Source: Lingula anatina
Lineage: Eukaryota; Animalia; Brachiopoda
Direction: 5' to 3'
Length of the DNA: 64,000 nucleotides
Assembly (NCBI GenBank): GCA_051362555.1
Contig: CM120640.1
Location: 5,332,001 to 5,396,000, forward strand
Position 1 is the first letter of the stretch; each line of letters begins with the position of its first letter. The notes beneath the pieces were generated by a model that made no database searches, was not told the origin of the DNA, and was given only the letters and a program-made list of their open reading frames with translations. Positions 14,501 to 26,500 of this stretch are shown here, piece after piece. The position numbers and the translations under genes are program-made.

Positions 14501-17500
14501 AGACCTATCCTACATTGTACTTATCAAAATCCATCCATATCTTTTTGAGTTATGCTTACAAACCAGCATATGGGCCAAAACACAATTACTTACCTAGCAG
14601 ATGTATAAAGTATCCTTTTTACACAAACTGTTTCTCTGGAACACAAAGGTTGTGGTTGTTTTAATCAACCAGGAACAGATGCTAACTTCCCATTGAACAC
14701 TGATAAAAAGTGATTGTTGTAAAAAGTTATTGGTAAGAAGATCTCATCCCAGGTAACTTAACTCCATAGCAGTTATCTCGTTGCATAAAATGATATCTGT
14801 ATGTTGTTTTTTTATGTCAGCTGTATTGAAAGAAAAGGTTCTATTTTTTAATGTTATCCAGATCACGGAAGTTTGCACAGATTCAGACATCTGTTATGAA
14901 ATTGTGGTAACATTGGTATAACACAGACATAAAATGTATATCAAAGTTTATAGCAGTAAAAAAGTTAAAAAGAGAAGTGGTAGTGAAATGAAATCCACAC
15001 ACATGGGAGATAAGCACACTGTAGAGCTATAGTGCCTGAACAAGGGGCATGCCATAGTGGGAGAAATATTATCAAACATTTCATTCCATTTTTTTCCAAA
15101 AAAATATGTACTGTTAGAAAATCATCACGGTTTATTGTGTTTTAAAGTTCTTTTGTATTATCACAGTCTGTGCACATACATAAATTAAATATGTAACATT
15201 ATCAAATCATATTTTTTTCTGTAGAAATGCTTGTCCGCTACCCTAAGTTTATGGGCACTGGGTATGTCTCGTTCCCTGTCCTGAGGAGGGCCTTCAAAGA
15301 GATGATCGTTACTTTGGAGTTTCGCCCCGATACTCAGAATGGTCTGCTGTTATTTAGTGGAGAACACCCTGATGCTCATACAGACTTCTTTTCAGTCAGC
15401 TTGATTGATGGATATGTGGAGTTTAGGTAAGTTTGTTCTCTAAGTTTTAATACTAATAAGAATTTATGAACTTACCAATAAGAATTTATGTATCCATCCA
15501 TCCATCAATCAATCAATCATGTCGATTGCAGTTGACCATCAACATCATTATTTAAGCAACAGCACAAACAGACTTCCAGACCCTTTGGTCCTCCATGACA
15601 CTGGAAAGCTCATTTATGTGCTCCAAGCCAGTGTCCTCAAGGATCGGGAACCTGAAAATAAGTTTTGTTTCCTGCACCTGATGAGCCATATGTGGGTGCC
15701 CAGAGCAGCAATCTATTTGCTGCCTGTTCTGTGTGATGATAAAAATGGTATTTATATGTTTTTTAAAATAAGAGACTCAATTTTTTTAAATTCTGAAAGA
15801 AAATATTTTGGTCTATTGCTGGAATTTGGCAAAAAGAGTAACATAGCAAATGCGGTTAGTCCATTACTGGAAACTCTACACTAATTTTAGTGTATTAAGC
15901 TAATTTTCAGTACCAATTTCCCTGGTTGCAGGTTGTTATTTTACATGTTAAACAGAAAATATGCACATAAAGATAAGTGCAGTGCTGGCAATGCACACTG
16001 AGTGTTGCTTAGAAAAATTGGTTGAAGTCCAGTTCTCACTTATGGCTCTTTCCCAAGGAAACTTGTTCTTCGTAGATCAATCCAACTTTGGGTGAACTCT
16101 CACTGAATACAGTCAGTTTAACAGACTAACAAGCCTCCTCTTGTTTCCAATGTACTTGTATAATCACCAGCTTTTCTGTATTCTTTAGCTACTGAATGCC
16201 AGGAAGAGGTATGTTAATCTGTTAAACGGATTGCATTCAGTGAAAGTTCTGGCGGAGTTGGATCGATCTGTGTAGAACAATAGTTTCATTGGGAATGAGC
16301 CCTCGTAGAAGGTTATCTAAAGGATGTCTATCCCCCCCCCCCCCCCCCCACACATACACACACATTATCCTTTAAGTAATATATCCACCCTACCAATGTA
16401 GCCATAATACTGGATTAGCAGTTGCGTTCACAGATATTGACCCCTGAATTAGGCATTAGTAATAAGCTTAAAGCTTCTCATATCATCATTGTAATGCTGG
16501 TACTTGTATACATTAGGTCCGCCCCTTGTTTGCTGAACATTGATTGACAGATGAGGTGTTGGTGCTCTGTTTAATAGCTTACGCTCCTAAAGAAAATTAT
16601 TAGGATAATAGAAACCAAAAGACTATGAATATTTTATACTTCAGAATCAAAGGATTTGCAGTGAGATTTACCATACCTGTATTCAGAGGCACGTTTATGT
16701 GCAAGATTAACACTCCAGAGAGATGACTGTGTCATGTCCTTTGATCATGACAGATAACTGTGTCATTCTATTAGTCTGGGACAGGAGTGAAATAGAATAT
16801 CTTCAATGACATCTGTGCATGACAGTTCAAAGGAAGGACCAGATTATGTCATTTGGGATTTACAAAATGGCACACACACCCCAGCTATCAAGTTGTGCAG
16901 TGCTCTCATATGCTCATGTTTAATTCTCTTCATGCATACAATACAGAGACACATGCATGCACATGCATTCATGCACTCACATGCACACACATGCACACAC
17001 ATATATTTTTTAATTTGAACACACACTGTGCATGAACTGGTGCTCTCCATTACAATTTTTTATTCGCCTCAAGAAATCTACCAAACAATCCCAGAAAGTT
17101 TACTTAGAAAGTAAATTTATAAAAAAACATCAGCAGCAACTTCTTCATAAGACTTTGTACATGTAGTACATGAACTGGTGCATGCATGGCTTCTAGGTAT
17201 GAATAAATTCAACATTTCGAACAAAAGCAATTGTTTTCCCTTCAGGTGTTGTCACTTCTTATCCATCCTTTTCATGTTTGTAGGTTTCATTAACCAGCAG
17301 TTTGCCTGGAATCTTAATTAATTTCAATAATCTGAGCTGAGAAAATTGCATTATCATATGTAGAAATGCTTTGGTCTTCTTGCTGAAACTCTGGTAACAC
17401 TACTTATATCAGCTTTCTTGTGCATGTATCTAACAGATTATACACATAATTGACTCTTAGAATAAGTTTGCCAGAGTGAAAATTGAATCCTAATTATGTT

Positions 17501-20500
17501 CTCCTCACTCTGCATAGGATTGTGAACTTTTGTTCATCCTAGGATCCATAAGATATTAGTCATTTAGTGCCAAGAAATCTAATTATGGTGATGTAGCTCC
17601 TGCTATTGACACCGGCCTGCTTGTGGTCGTGTTTTGAATATTTTTCATCTCCCTCTCATTTCCCAAAAGATTGCTGATTCAATTTTCGAATCCCAAACAT
17701 GGTTTTGATCAGACTTGGTTACATATGTGATAAATTATTCATACACCCACTCTTTCTGTGCTCTTTCTGTGCTGCTTCATCAGTATGGCAGTTGATATCT
17801 CTGTCTTTAAAATGTATGGTGTACATGTAGTATAGGACAAGAACAAAATTATGGGGGAAAAGGAAGCAAGAAAAAAAAACATGATCTTTTCACTTGTTTA
17901 CATCCAATTGCATTAAATTTAATATACAAAGCCTCTTGGAAATGTTAAAATATTGCAGCCTGTCAACTTGTTTGCCAGCTCCTGTTTGTTGTTCCTCATT
18001 TTTACTGTGAAACTTTCAGTCTATTTAAGAAAAGTTTACTTTTTCATCATCCTAATAGTTTTTATTCATTAATAGCTCAAGGAAACCTATCTACAAGCAG
18101 ATTGCCAGTGAACTTGTCTTCCTATCTATGAAAAGTAAAAAGGGTCCTTTATCATTCAAAATAACTTGACCTAAGAACCCTTTGGGGTCAATGCCGTAAC
18201 CAGGGGCCATTTTGAGACACTTTGTTGCTATACATTTTTGCGCAATGGTTATTAACTGTAAGGTCATTTTAAGGCAATCAAACAAAATCTTGAGTTTTTT
18301 ATACCAGCAATGTCCCAATGCAATTTCTTTAAAAGCAAGGTGATGCTCCTATTCTTGAATGAGATCAGATCACAGCTATGAAGCTATTTAAAATTGAAAT
18401 AATGGTTTTCTTGATTTAAGTCCTGCAGCAGTAAATTCTTTCACACACCAAAGGCCATTCTAGTTTTACGTGATTTCAGGTTTGACTGCGGTACTGGTAT
18501 GGCCAAAATCCGCACGACCAGTGAAGTAAAACTGGGAAAGTGGAACACAGTCACTGTCCACAGACATGAGTGGGACGGGTCTGTACAGCTAAATAAAGGA
18601 GAACAGGTCAGAGGGAGAGCTCAGGTGAGTGATGAACCTAATGTGCACTGTCTCACCTAACACACTGACACACCAGGAACACTGGCTTAGTGTACATGTA
18701 CCTGAGTCATCCACACAATTGAATATATTTTTATGATTCTACTTCTGCACTTGTTATCATAGAAATGTAAATCCAGAAATAGGATTTAAAAAAATGATAT
18801 CATCTTCTTAACTGAATGTCTCCTCTTAGCGAAATGAAAAGTTTGCAGCAATGAGTTTGAAGGAGTTTGCAAGAAAAAATATACTGCTGCTACTTTGCAG
18901 ACATATTGCAGCAAATTAGCTGCACAATGCCAAGAAGGAATTGTAGTTTGTGGGGTATACTTTCCTATACAAAGAGTAGAACACATTCATGCATGTCAGT
19001 GTTAAACAAAATAAGGTGCACAAAATGTATTCCTACTTTGTAAGTCTCATAGTTATGCATTAAATTTGACCCCTGTCATGAAACAAAGACGTGCCATAAT
19101 GAAGTTCATTGCAAAAATCCATGACACACTCAACTCTTTGCATTCTTTTATACCATTACATACATCAAGGATATTTAACAGCATATTTTCTTGCTTTCCA
19201 GGGTTTGTTTTCCCGGATCACATTCCGTACACCCTTGTTTCTAGGAGGATACATCAACACTACTCACATAGGCAGCAGGACAGGGATGTACTTTGGCTTC
19301 ATTGGTTGTGTCAAGGCAATGAAAATTAATGGCAAAGAGTTTGACTTCCGTAGGGGAGCCTTCATTGGAGATGCCATAGATGGTGTAGATGTGGGTGAGG
19401 TGGTGTTTTAATTGGTCTTATGGAACGAAAGTTCAAATGCTAGTGTCATCTCCATTGTTGGTAATGTAACTTTCTCTTTGTGAAAATCCTGTATTCTTTT
19501 GGTAATGAGCATCCTTGTTGCTTATTTGGTTGATAATGTAAAACCTGATGTATCCATTTAAACATGTTGTGCTTTTATCAAATTATAAAGCAATTTTTTA
19601 CAAATTGTTAACATGTAATTTGACTCTTTTATCCATTTATTGAGATAAATTATAATAAACTTTTACTGAAAATAATTTACCACGTACCAATTCAATTTTT
19701 TCTCCTCTAGCTGAATGCAGTGCCCATATATGTCGTAACTCTCGTTGTCGTAATGGCGGGAGTTGCATGGCAGACTCGCCAGACACCTACACTTGTCTAT
19801 GCCCCATGATGACTGCCGGGAAATATTGTGAAAGAAGTAATACATAATCTTACTTCATTTGTTTAAAAATTGATTTTTTTTTATGATTCTGCTTATAAGT
19901 AGTAGATAATATAGGTACACCTTAGTAAGGATTTTACATATTTAGTCTACGATGGAAATTTACAAGTACTTGATACTTTTTTGCATAACATCTCAGTGCT
20001 TAGAATGGAATAACTGCAATGCTTGTTTTAATAAATTAGACAATTTCTAGATTTTAATGTGGACAGTTTATTTTCAGGCATTGAGCACATTGTGGTACCC
20101 CAGTTTACAGGGCATTCCTTCCTCCAGTATGAAGGAATCAGAAGAACAGCACTCAGCTATACAGAGATAGAACTGGTCTTCAAGGCTACAAATAAAGATG
20201 GCACTCTCCTGTATAATGGCTTCACCACAGATCGTAGAGGAGACTTCATTTCCCTGGCTCTGGTGGATGGATATTTGGAATATCGCTTTGATTTAGGGAC
20301 TGGGCCTGCTATTATTAGGTAGTATAAGAAATGAGCTTTTTTATCACTCAAAGTCAATAAAACAGTGCAAATGGGGGTGTCACCTTCCCACGTTTAAAAG
20401 ACACAAGATATGGGGCATTTCACTATATTATGACTTAGTGAGATTTCTGACCTTATTGGCCATATTGCAAAAGTCGAGTTTAGTTAAGTCATTTTCACGA

Positions 20501-23500
20501 TGTACCTGCTTAAACCCCCGTTTTTGTAACATACGTTACTGACGCTTTTCTAATTTTTTGTCTTCAACATATATAAAACGAGTTATAAAGGCTGAAAGCC
20601 CTGGTAATTTGTTTATTATATTGAAAGGTGATATATATCCAACTTTTTATGCTAATTTGTTTTTCCATCGAAGCATATTAAGTTTTGCTTTTATTTGGTA
20701 GAAAAATGTCGCCAATTTTTATGTACAGACACAGATGTGTCTGTACATATTGCCATCACCTGCGTCTGTCGTCGCCGTCGTCGCCGTCGCCGATGCCGAT
20801 GCCGTCGCCGATGCTGTCGCCGATGCCGGCGCCGTGCACTTTCAGTGTTAACACGATAAGTGGAAGACAGTTTTACTTTTTGGCTTTATATTTACAGAGC
20901 TGATGAATATTCATAAAACGCAGGTCAAGTTCGAAAATCAGCATGATCGAGCCATTATTGTAGAAGTTATGCTGTTTTTTCACTTTTCAGCATATATACA
21001 ACGCTGTTAACACATTTCAAGGAAAACCGATAGGCCTGTTGTCATGAAACTCACAGGAGCAATCAATCTTACTAAAATGCAGGTCAAGTTCAAAAATCAG
21101 CATGATCGGGCCACTATTTTAGTAGTTATGCTGTTTTTTCACTTTTTAGCATATATGCAACACTGTAAACACAATATAAGAATAAAAACAGATAGGCCAA
21201 TTGTCATTTAAACTCACAGGAGTGGTCAATCTTACTAAAATGCAGGTTGAGTTTGAAAATTAGCATAATCGGGCCATTATTTTAGAAGTTATGCTGTTTT
21301 TTCACATTTCCTTAGATTCAATTCTTAGGCATGTTAACAGTTTCATTATTTAATTAATAAGAAATGTTAAAGTGTTTGTTTGACATTTTCTGCATCTTTA
21401 CAACATTGTTAGTTGATTTCTTAAAAATGATGGTAAACTTGTTATGGTGTATTGTGTAATTAAGTGTCAAAAATGGAATTAAACTCATATCATTGCAGTT
21501 TGTCAGATTCAATTATTCATGATGTTCAGAATCTCAGAATGGAGGAAATTGGACATTTAACACTGTTGTATTGATATTTTCCCCATCTCATCAATTTTTT
21601 TAGTTGATCATATAAAAATGGCAGTAAACTGTTAATTTTGTTTCATGTTAAAAAATTGTTAAAAATGGAAAAAAAAACCATTTCAGAACAGTGCTGTCTT
21701 GTTTACATTTTGGCATTTTCGAGGTGTGACTTTGAAGTTCCATGGGCCTGAAGACCTTTGCTAGTCACATTTTCTGAATATCCATAATACTAATATTTTA
21801 TTATTAAAAATTGATGGTCATTATGCTGTTAAACGTTATGTAATATTGCATCAAAATTTGGGAAAAAAAATATTTTGGGCACTGCTCCCATGATGACCAT
21901 TAAAGAAAAATCATGTCACTTACTGTTCTCAAACTTACAGGAAAGAAACATGGGACTAAAATACAGCTTCAGTAGGCAATGCAGTCTGTTTGGTAATTCT
22001 TTCTGCTAGTTAAACAGTTTTTTTGTGAAAATTTAATTTTTCACATATTGGCATTTTCAAGGTGTGACTTTGAAGTTCCATGGGCTTGAAGACCCATGCT
22101 AGTCACATTTTCTGAAAATCCATGATATGTATATTTTATTATTAAAAATTGACGGGATTTTGGGTGCTGCTGCCATGATGACCATTCTGGGAAAACCATG
22201 TTACTGATGATTGCCAAACGTTCAAAAAAGAAATACAGGACTAAAATGCAGCCCGAGTTGGAAAAGCAGTCTAATTGGCTTCTTTTTCTGGAAGTTATAC
22301 ATTTTCAAAGTGTGAACTTGAACTGCCATGGGCCTGAAGCCTTATGCTTGTTACACATTTTACTTACATTGGTATTACCTGTTGAGCATAATTAAAATTT
22401 GATGCTGAATTTGCAGTTTAACATAATGTACTTTTGCATCAGAATTGACAGTAGCCTATTTTGTGCATAGTTATTTCCTGCTTTTTGTCTGTACATTTGA
22501 CAGCTTTGCTGCCTTGTTTAATTTTCAATACCCTATATTTAAAACATAGTAGTAAATTGCCGTACGATACATTTATAAGCAGCTACATTTATTTATGATG
22601 AATAGGAAATGTTATCATATATAGGAATAATCAAAACTTTCACTCCAATAAAGGTTATCTGAAAACAAAAAGGATTTTCACCCTGAAATTGTTTGGTCAT
22701 TTAAGGATGTAACATACGTTACCTATCATATAATTTGAGTGCTTACAGTATACGATGGCTTCTTTCATAATTTCAATAGTTGCTGATGAATGAAGAAAAT
22801 ATATCAACAAGTCAGAAAAAGTGTCTCAGATTTTGGCATAATTTGATTGTCAAAGCTGATTTGTAACATACGTGATGTAACATGCGTTACCTACATTTTC
22901 AAATTATTCCTTGTAAATCCCTTCCCCCCTTATCTGTGATCACATGATTAGTCACATGAGTTGAAGACGCCATGCTGTTTCTCAGCCACTAAATACAACG
23001 TGCCTTCGTAGAAGGAAAACCTAGAAATACTCTTCCATATTCTAAGGTAAGTACCACTATTATTTGAGTTTCAAAAATATTATATCAATCTTTCTGAAAA
23101 GAAACATTTCATATGTAGATTAGTTTGGAGAAGTGCTTGCAAGACATAAACTTATTTCATTAGCTTGAAATGTTTTTCTTCTTGGAATTGCAGGGCATTC
23201 AGTGAAAGTAACATACGTTACTTTTGGTAACGTATGTTACTCTAGTTATAGCTAGATTTCTTAGTATATATTGAACAATAAAAAGATAAGAAACCTTGAA
23301 TTCCTGTAGTATCTGAGATTGGGAGTCAGTTCATCAATTAAACTCGGGCCATTAGTAGGAAAAATTATAAGAACTAAATGGGAGAAAGCATGGGAAAAAT
23401 TTATGCAATAAAGAATAATATTAATTGAACAATATTTTTTTCGGTATTTTTTTTCTTCCTGAAATATTGAATATTTGGTTAGAAAAGGATGGATTGCATA

Positions 23501-26500
23501 TACTTATCATAAAAATGAATAAAAATAAGCTAAAAGTAAGATATGGCTTAGTTTTATTGTACAAAATACATTCCTGTTGGTCTGGTAACGTATGTTACAA
23601 ATCTCTTTTTCTATCAATTTAGGTCAAGATGCCGCTTTCAAGAGCAGAAATCCAAAAGAATTATAGGGAAAGGAAGAAAAGAAATGAGAGGGAAACATAC
23701 CTTGCCAAAGAGAGGGCACGGCAAAAGAGAAATTACGTCCCAATAGGAACTTTAACAGAAAGAAAGAGGTCAAAAAGAAGAGATGAAGTAAAGGAGCGGG
23801 TAAGAAAGTGCAGGCAGAAGAAAAGCGTTGAAAATGCTGCAATCGACGTTCCAAACCCTGTAGAGTCCACAAATGATACCAGTGGTTATGAAACAATGCA
23901 AAGTGACCATAGCACTGGACTCATAGTAAGGTTACCGAATCGTAGAAACGGACCCAGAAAGAGGCTAAGCAAAGCATTGAGAAAAAGCAGAGACAAGTTA
24001 AAATCTTTGAAAAAGGAAAATGAAGGTCTAAAAAAGAAAGTAAAATACGTTCAAAGGAAGATGCAGAGAATGAAAAGAAAGATGAATATACCAGCATGTC
24101 CAAACACACCTAGAAGTAATATGAAGAGACTCTTTCCAAAATCAAAGGGTTTTGGGGGCGAAAGAGTTAGAAAACAACTACTGCTAACAAACGTCATCAC
24201 GGCTGAGGCTTCAAAATTCAAGCATGTAACAACAAGCAATGCAAAGAAGAGGCAATTGTATGGTAGTTTTGCTGGAAAACTGTTAAAAAAGTACAGATGT
24301 ATTTTACATTTTAGCAAGTCAGCAAAGATTAACAGAAATCTAATATCTAATATAATACGTAAAGGTATCGACACAGCAGAGATTAGAAAACGAACAGCAT
24401 ACAAATTCAGGAGAGAGGTAACAGCATTTTACGTCCGCGACGACAAAAGTATAATGCAGCCCAGAAAAAAGGAAAAAACAAAAAGAATGTTCAAATTCAG
24501 TAAGCGGGATGTGAAATTGGTTGAAAGTAAATTCAGGCATAATTGAGCATCATATTTCATCATGTGTAACATACGTAACTTTGGTTTTTATGAAGTGAGT
24601 AAGGAACAGGTTTTATGATGTTTTTCTGATGGTTATGTTTAATGTTTCCTCCATTAAGCAATGGAGTGTTTAATTGAAATTCGTCATGTTTTCCTGTGAC
24701 ATCATTTTCATGTTGGCAATTCAATGCAGAAAAGATCCATTGCTAAATTAAGTAACATACGTTACAGACTTTCTTAGTATATAATTGAGAGATTTTATAT
24801 GCATCACGATCACCATGTCAGTTTAAAAGGTTCTGAGTAACTCAGGTTTGTTTGTTAACAATGTGAAATTACTTTTGTTTATTCTTTTCTTCCACAGTGA
24901 TTATAATAAAAAGGATAACTCAACATAAATAGTGTACTTATGTTCAAAAAGTAAAAATAAGACCACCAGGAATTGTTAGAAAATGTGATTTGACATATAA
25001 AATGGTGTATTTTGATCTAAATATGAACAATAAGTGTAAAGCAAAACAATGACTTGATAGACTTAATTACTTGAACCATTCTGTAAAATTGAGGCATTAT
25101 TACTTGATGTATGAAACATACGTTACTTTTCCTACCTTTTAATTTTTTCGTCCAAAAATGAAGAAGACAATGTAAATTTGTGAAATCAAATCATTTTATT
25201 TCTCTTAAATATTTGTATGAAAAACAAATATTGTTTTTTTTTTAAGTTAATACATTATACATTAAAGATATTGATATTTAATTCTAGTCACTTTGTTTGA
25301 ATTTCTATTTTTACGTGTTTATTGTTTTTCATTGATTATTGTTGTGAGTTATAAATGAAGAACATAAAATATCATGCTCATTTGAAGGTTTGTTTTGTGA
25401 AACAAATATACAAGCTTCAAGAATAAAAGAAGTTTTTGAGTTAAGCTAAAAGAAGAAATAATTTATCCACTATATAGAGACAGCCTTGACATGGTCACGA
25501 ATGTTACATTGTGAAAAAAGAGCAAAAAAACTGCCATATTTTAAAGCTCGATTGTTAAAATACGGAAAGAGTAATGTTGAAACTGTTTCTGGGCAGTGTT
25601 CCCGAGCTATAGGACTATGTTTTCCTAAGAGATGAACATTATGTGGGGTTGGTCATATGAGCACATTTTTCAAAGTGCAATTGCACTGTTTTATTGACTT
25701 TGAGTGTTATAATGAAAGTATTACATGTTCTACCTCAAAAATTATACATATAAACATATCAATCTGAGTCCCTTTGAAAATAGATGCAGTCCTTTTGAGT
25801 AAAAGCCTTAGGTCGCATTCACAACGAGTTGAGCCAGGCTTTACAAATCCTGGGGACTAAATATGGTGGACGTACGTGAAAGAAAAACCGCCTAATCTTT
25901 TAATAGTCTCTCCGCCTCTCACACACCTTCCCATGTGTCGTCCCAATGGAGCCGAGATTTAATGACTGTCCCCCCGCAGGGACGACATGTGGGGAGGCGT
26001 GTGAGAGGCGGAGAGACTATTAAAAGATTAGGCGGTTTTTCTTTCATGTACGTCCGCCATATTTAGTCTCCAGGATTTGTAAAGCCTGGCTCAACTCGTT
26101 GTGAATGCGATCTTAGCTATATGAATTGCAAAGTATATTGTTGAAGTTAAATGGATATTTCCCAGATCATCACAGCCATTACCTCTCAATGCCTGTCATA
26201 CAGTGAAGATCTCTTTAGCTCACACACACACACAGGCATGTATGCACGCATGCTCGAACACGCGCATGTAGGCACGTACACACACACAGATGATACAAAC
26301 ACAGTCTTTATGTCATGTTTTTAAGAATTGAAAATTGAAAGTTAGTGCAGTCCCTCTGAATAAATGCCTCAGCTACAGGAATTACAAAGTATAATATGTA
26401 TTAAATCTAATTGATATTTCACAGGTCATCACAGCCATTACCTCTCAATGCCTGGCACACAGTAAAGATCTCCCGCACAGGACGTGATGGTGTTCTGGAG

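Larger units (their letters stand above)
20345..25706 (+). mobile_element. Young cut-and-paste DNA transposon (internally deleted) in intron 8
   Basis: Perfect 26-bp TIR CACTCAAAGTCAATAAAACAGTGCAA (20345-20370 and 25681-25706). 4-bp TSD TTAT (20341-20344, 25707-25710). Contains the 305-aa basic ORF. Confidence 0.92.

Noticed and set aside
16806-17050. His/Cys-rich ORFs ([15 protein letters not shown]...)
   Set aside because: Translation of a degenerate (CA/TG)n-type microsatellite.
20230-20250. RGD tripeptide in exon 8 (DRRGDFISL)
   Set aside because: The GDF is the conserved LamG strand motif; an integrin-binding role is unsupported.
20685-20903. ORF with PSPMPMPSP repeats
   Set aside because: Product of the HINE microsatellite.
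23624-24540. Minus-strand hydrophobic ORFs (90, 62, 117, 66 aa)
   Set aside because: Antisense shadows of the A-rich transposase-like ORF.
20526-25507. GTAACATACGTTAC repeats as a CRISPR-like array
   Set aside because: Only 14 bp, irregular spacing, both orientations, eukaryotic TE context and no cas genes.
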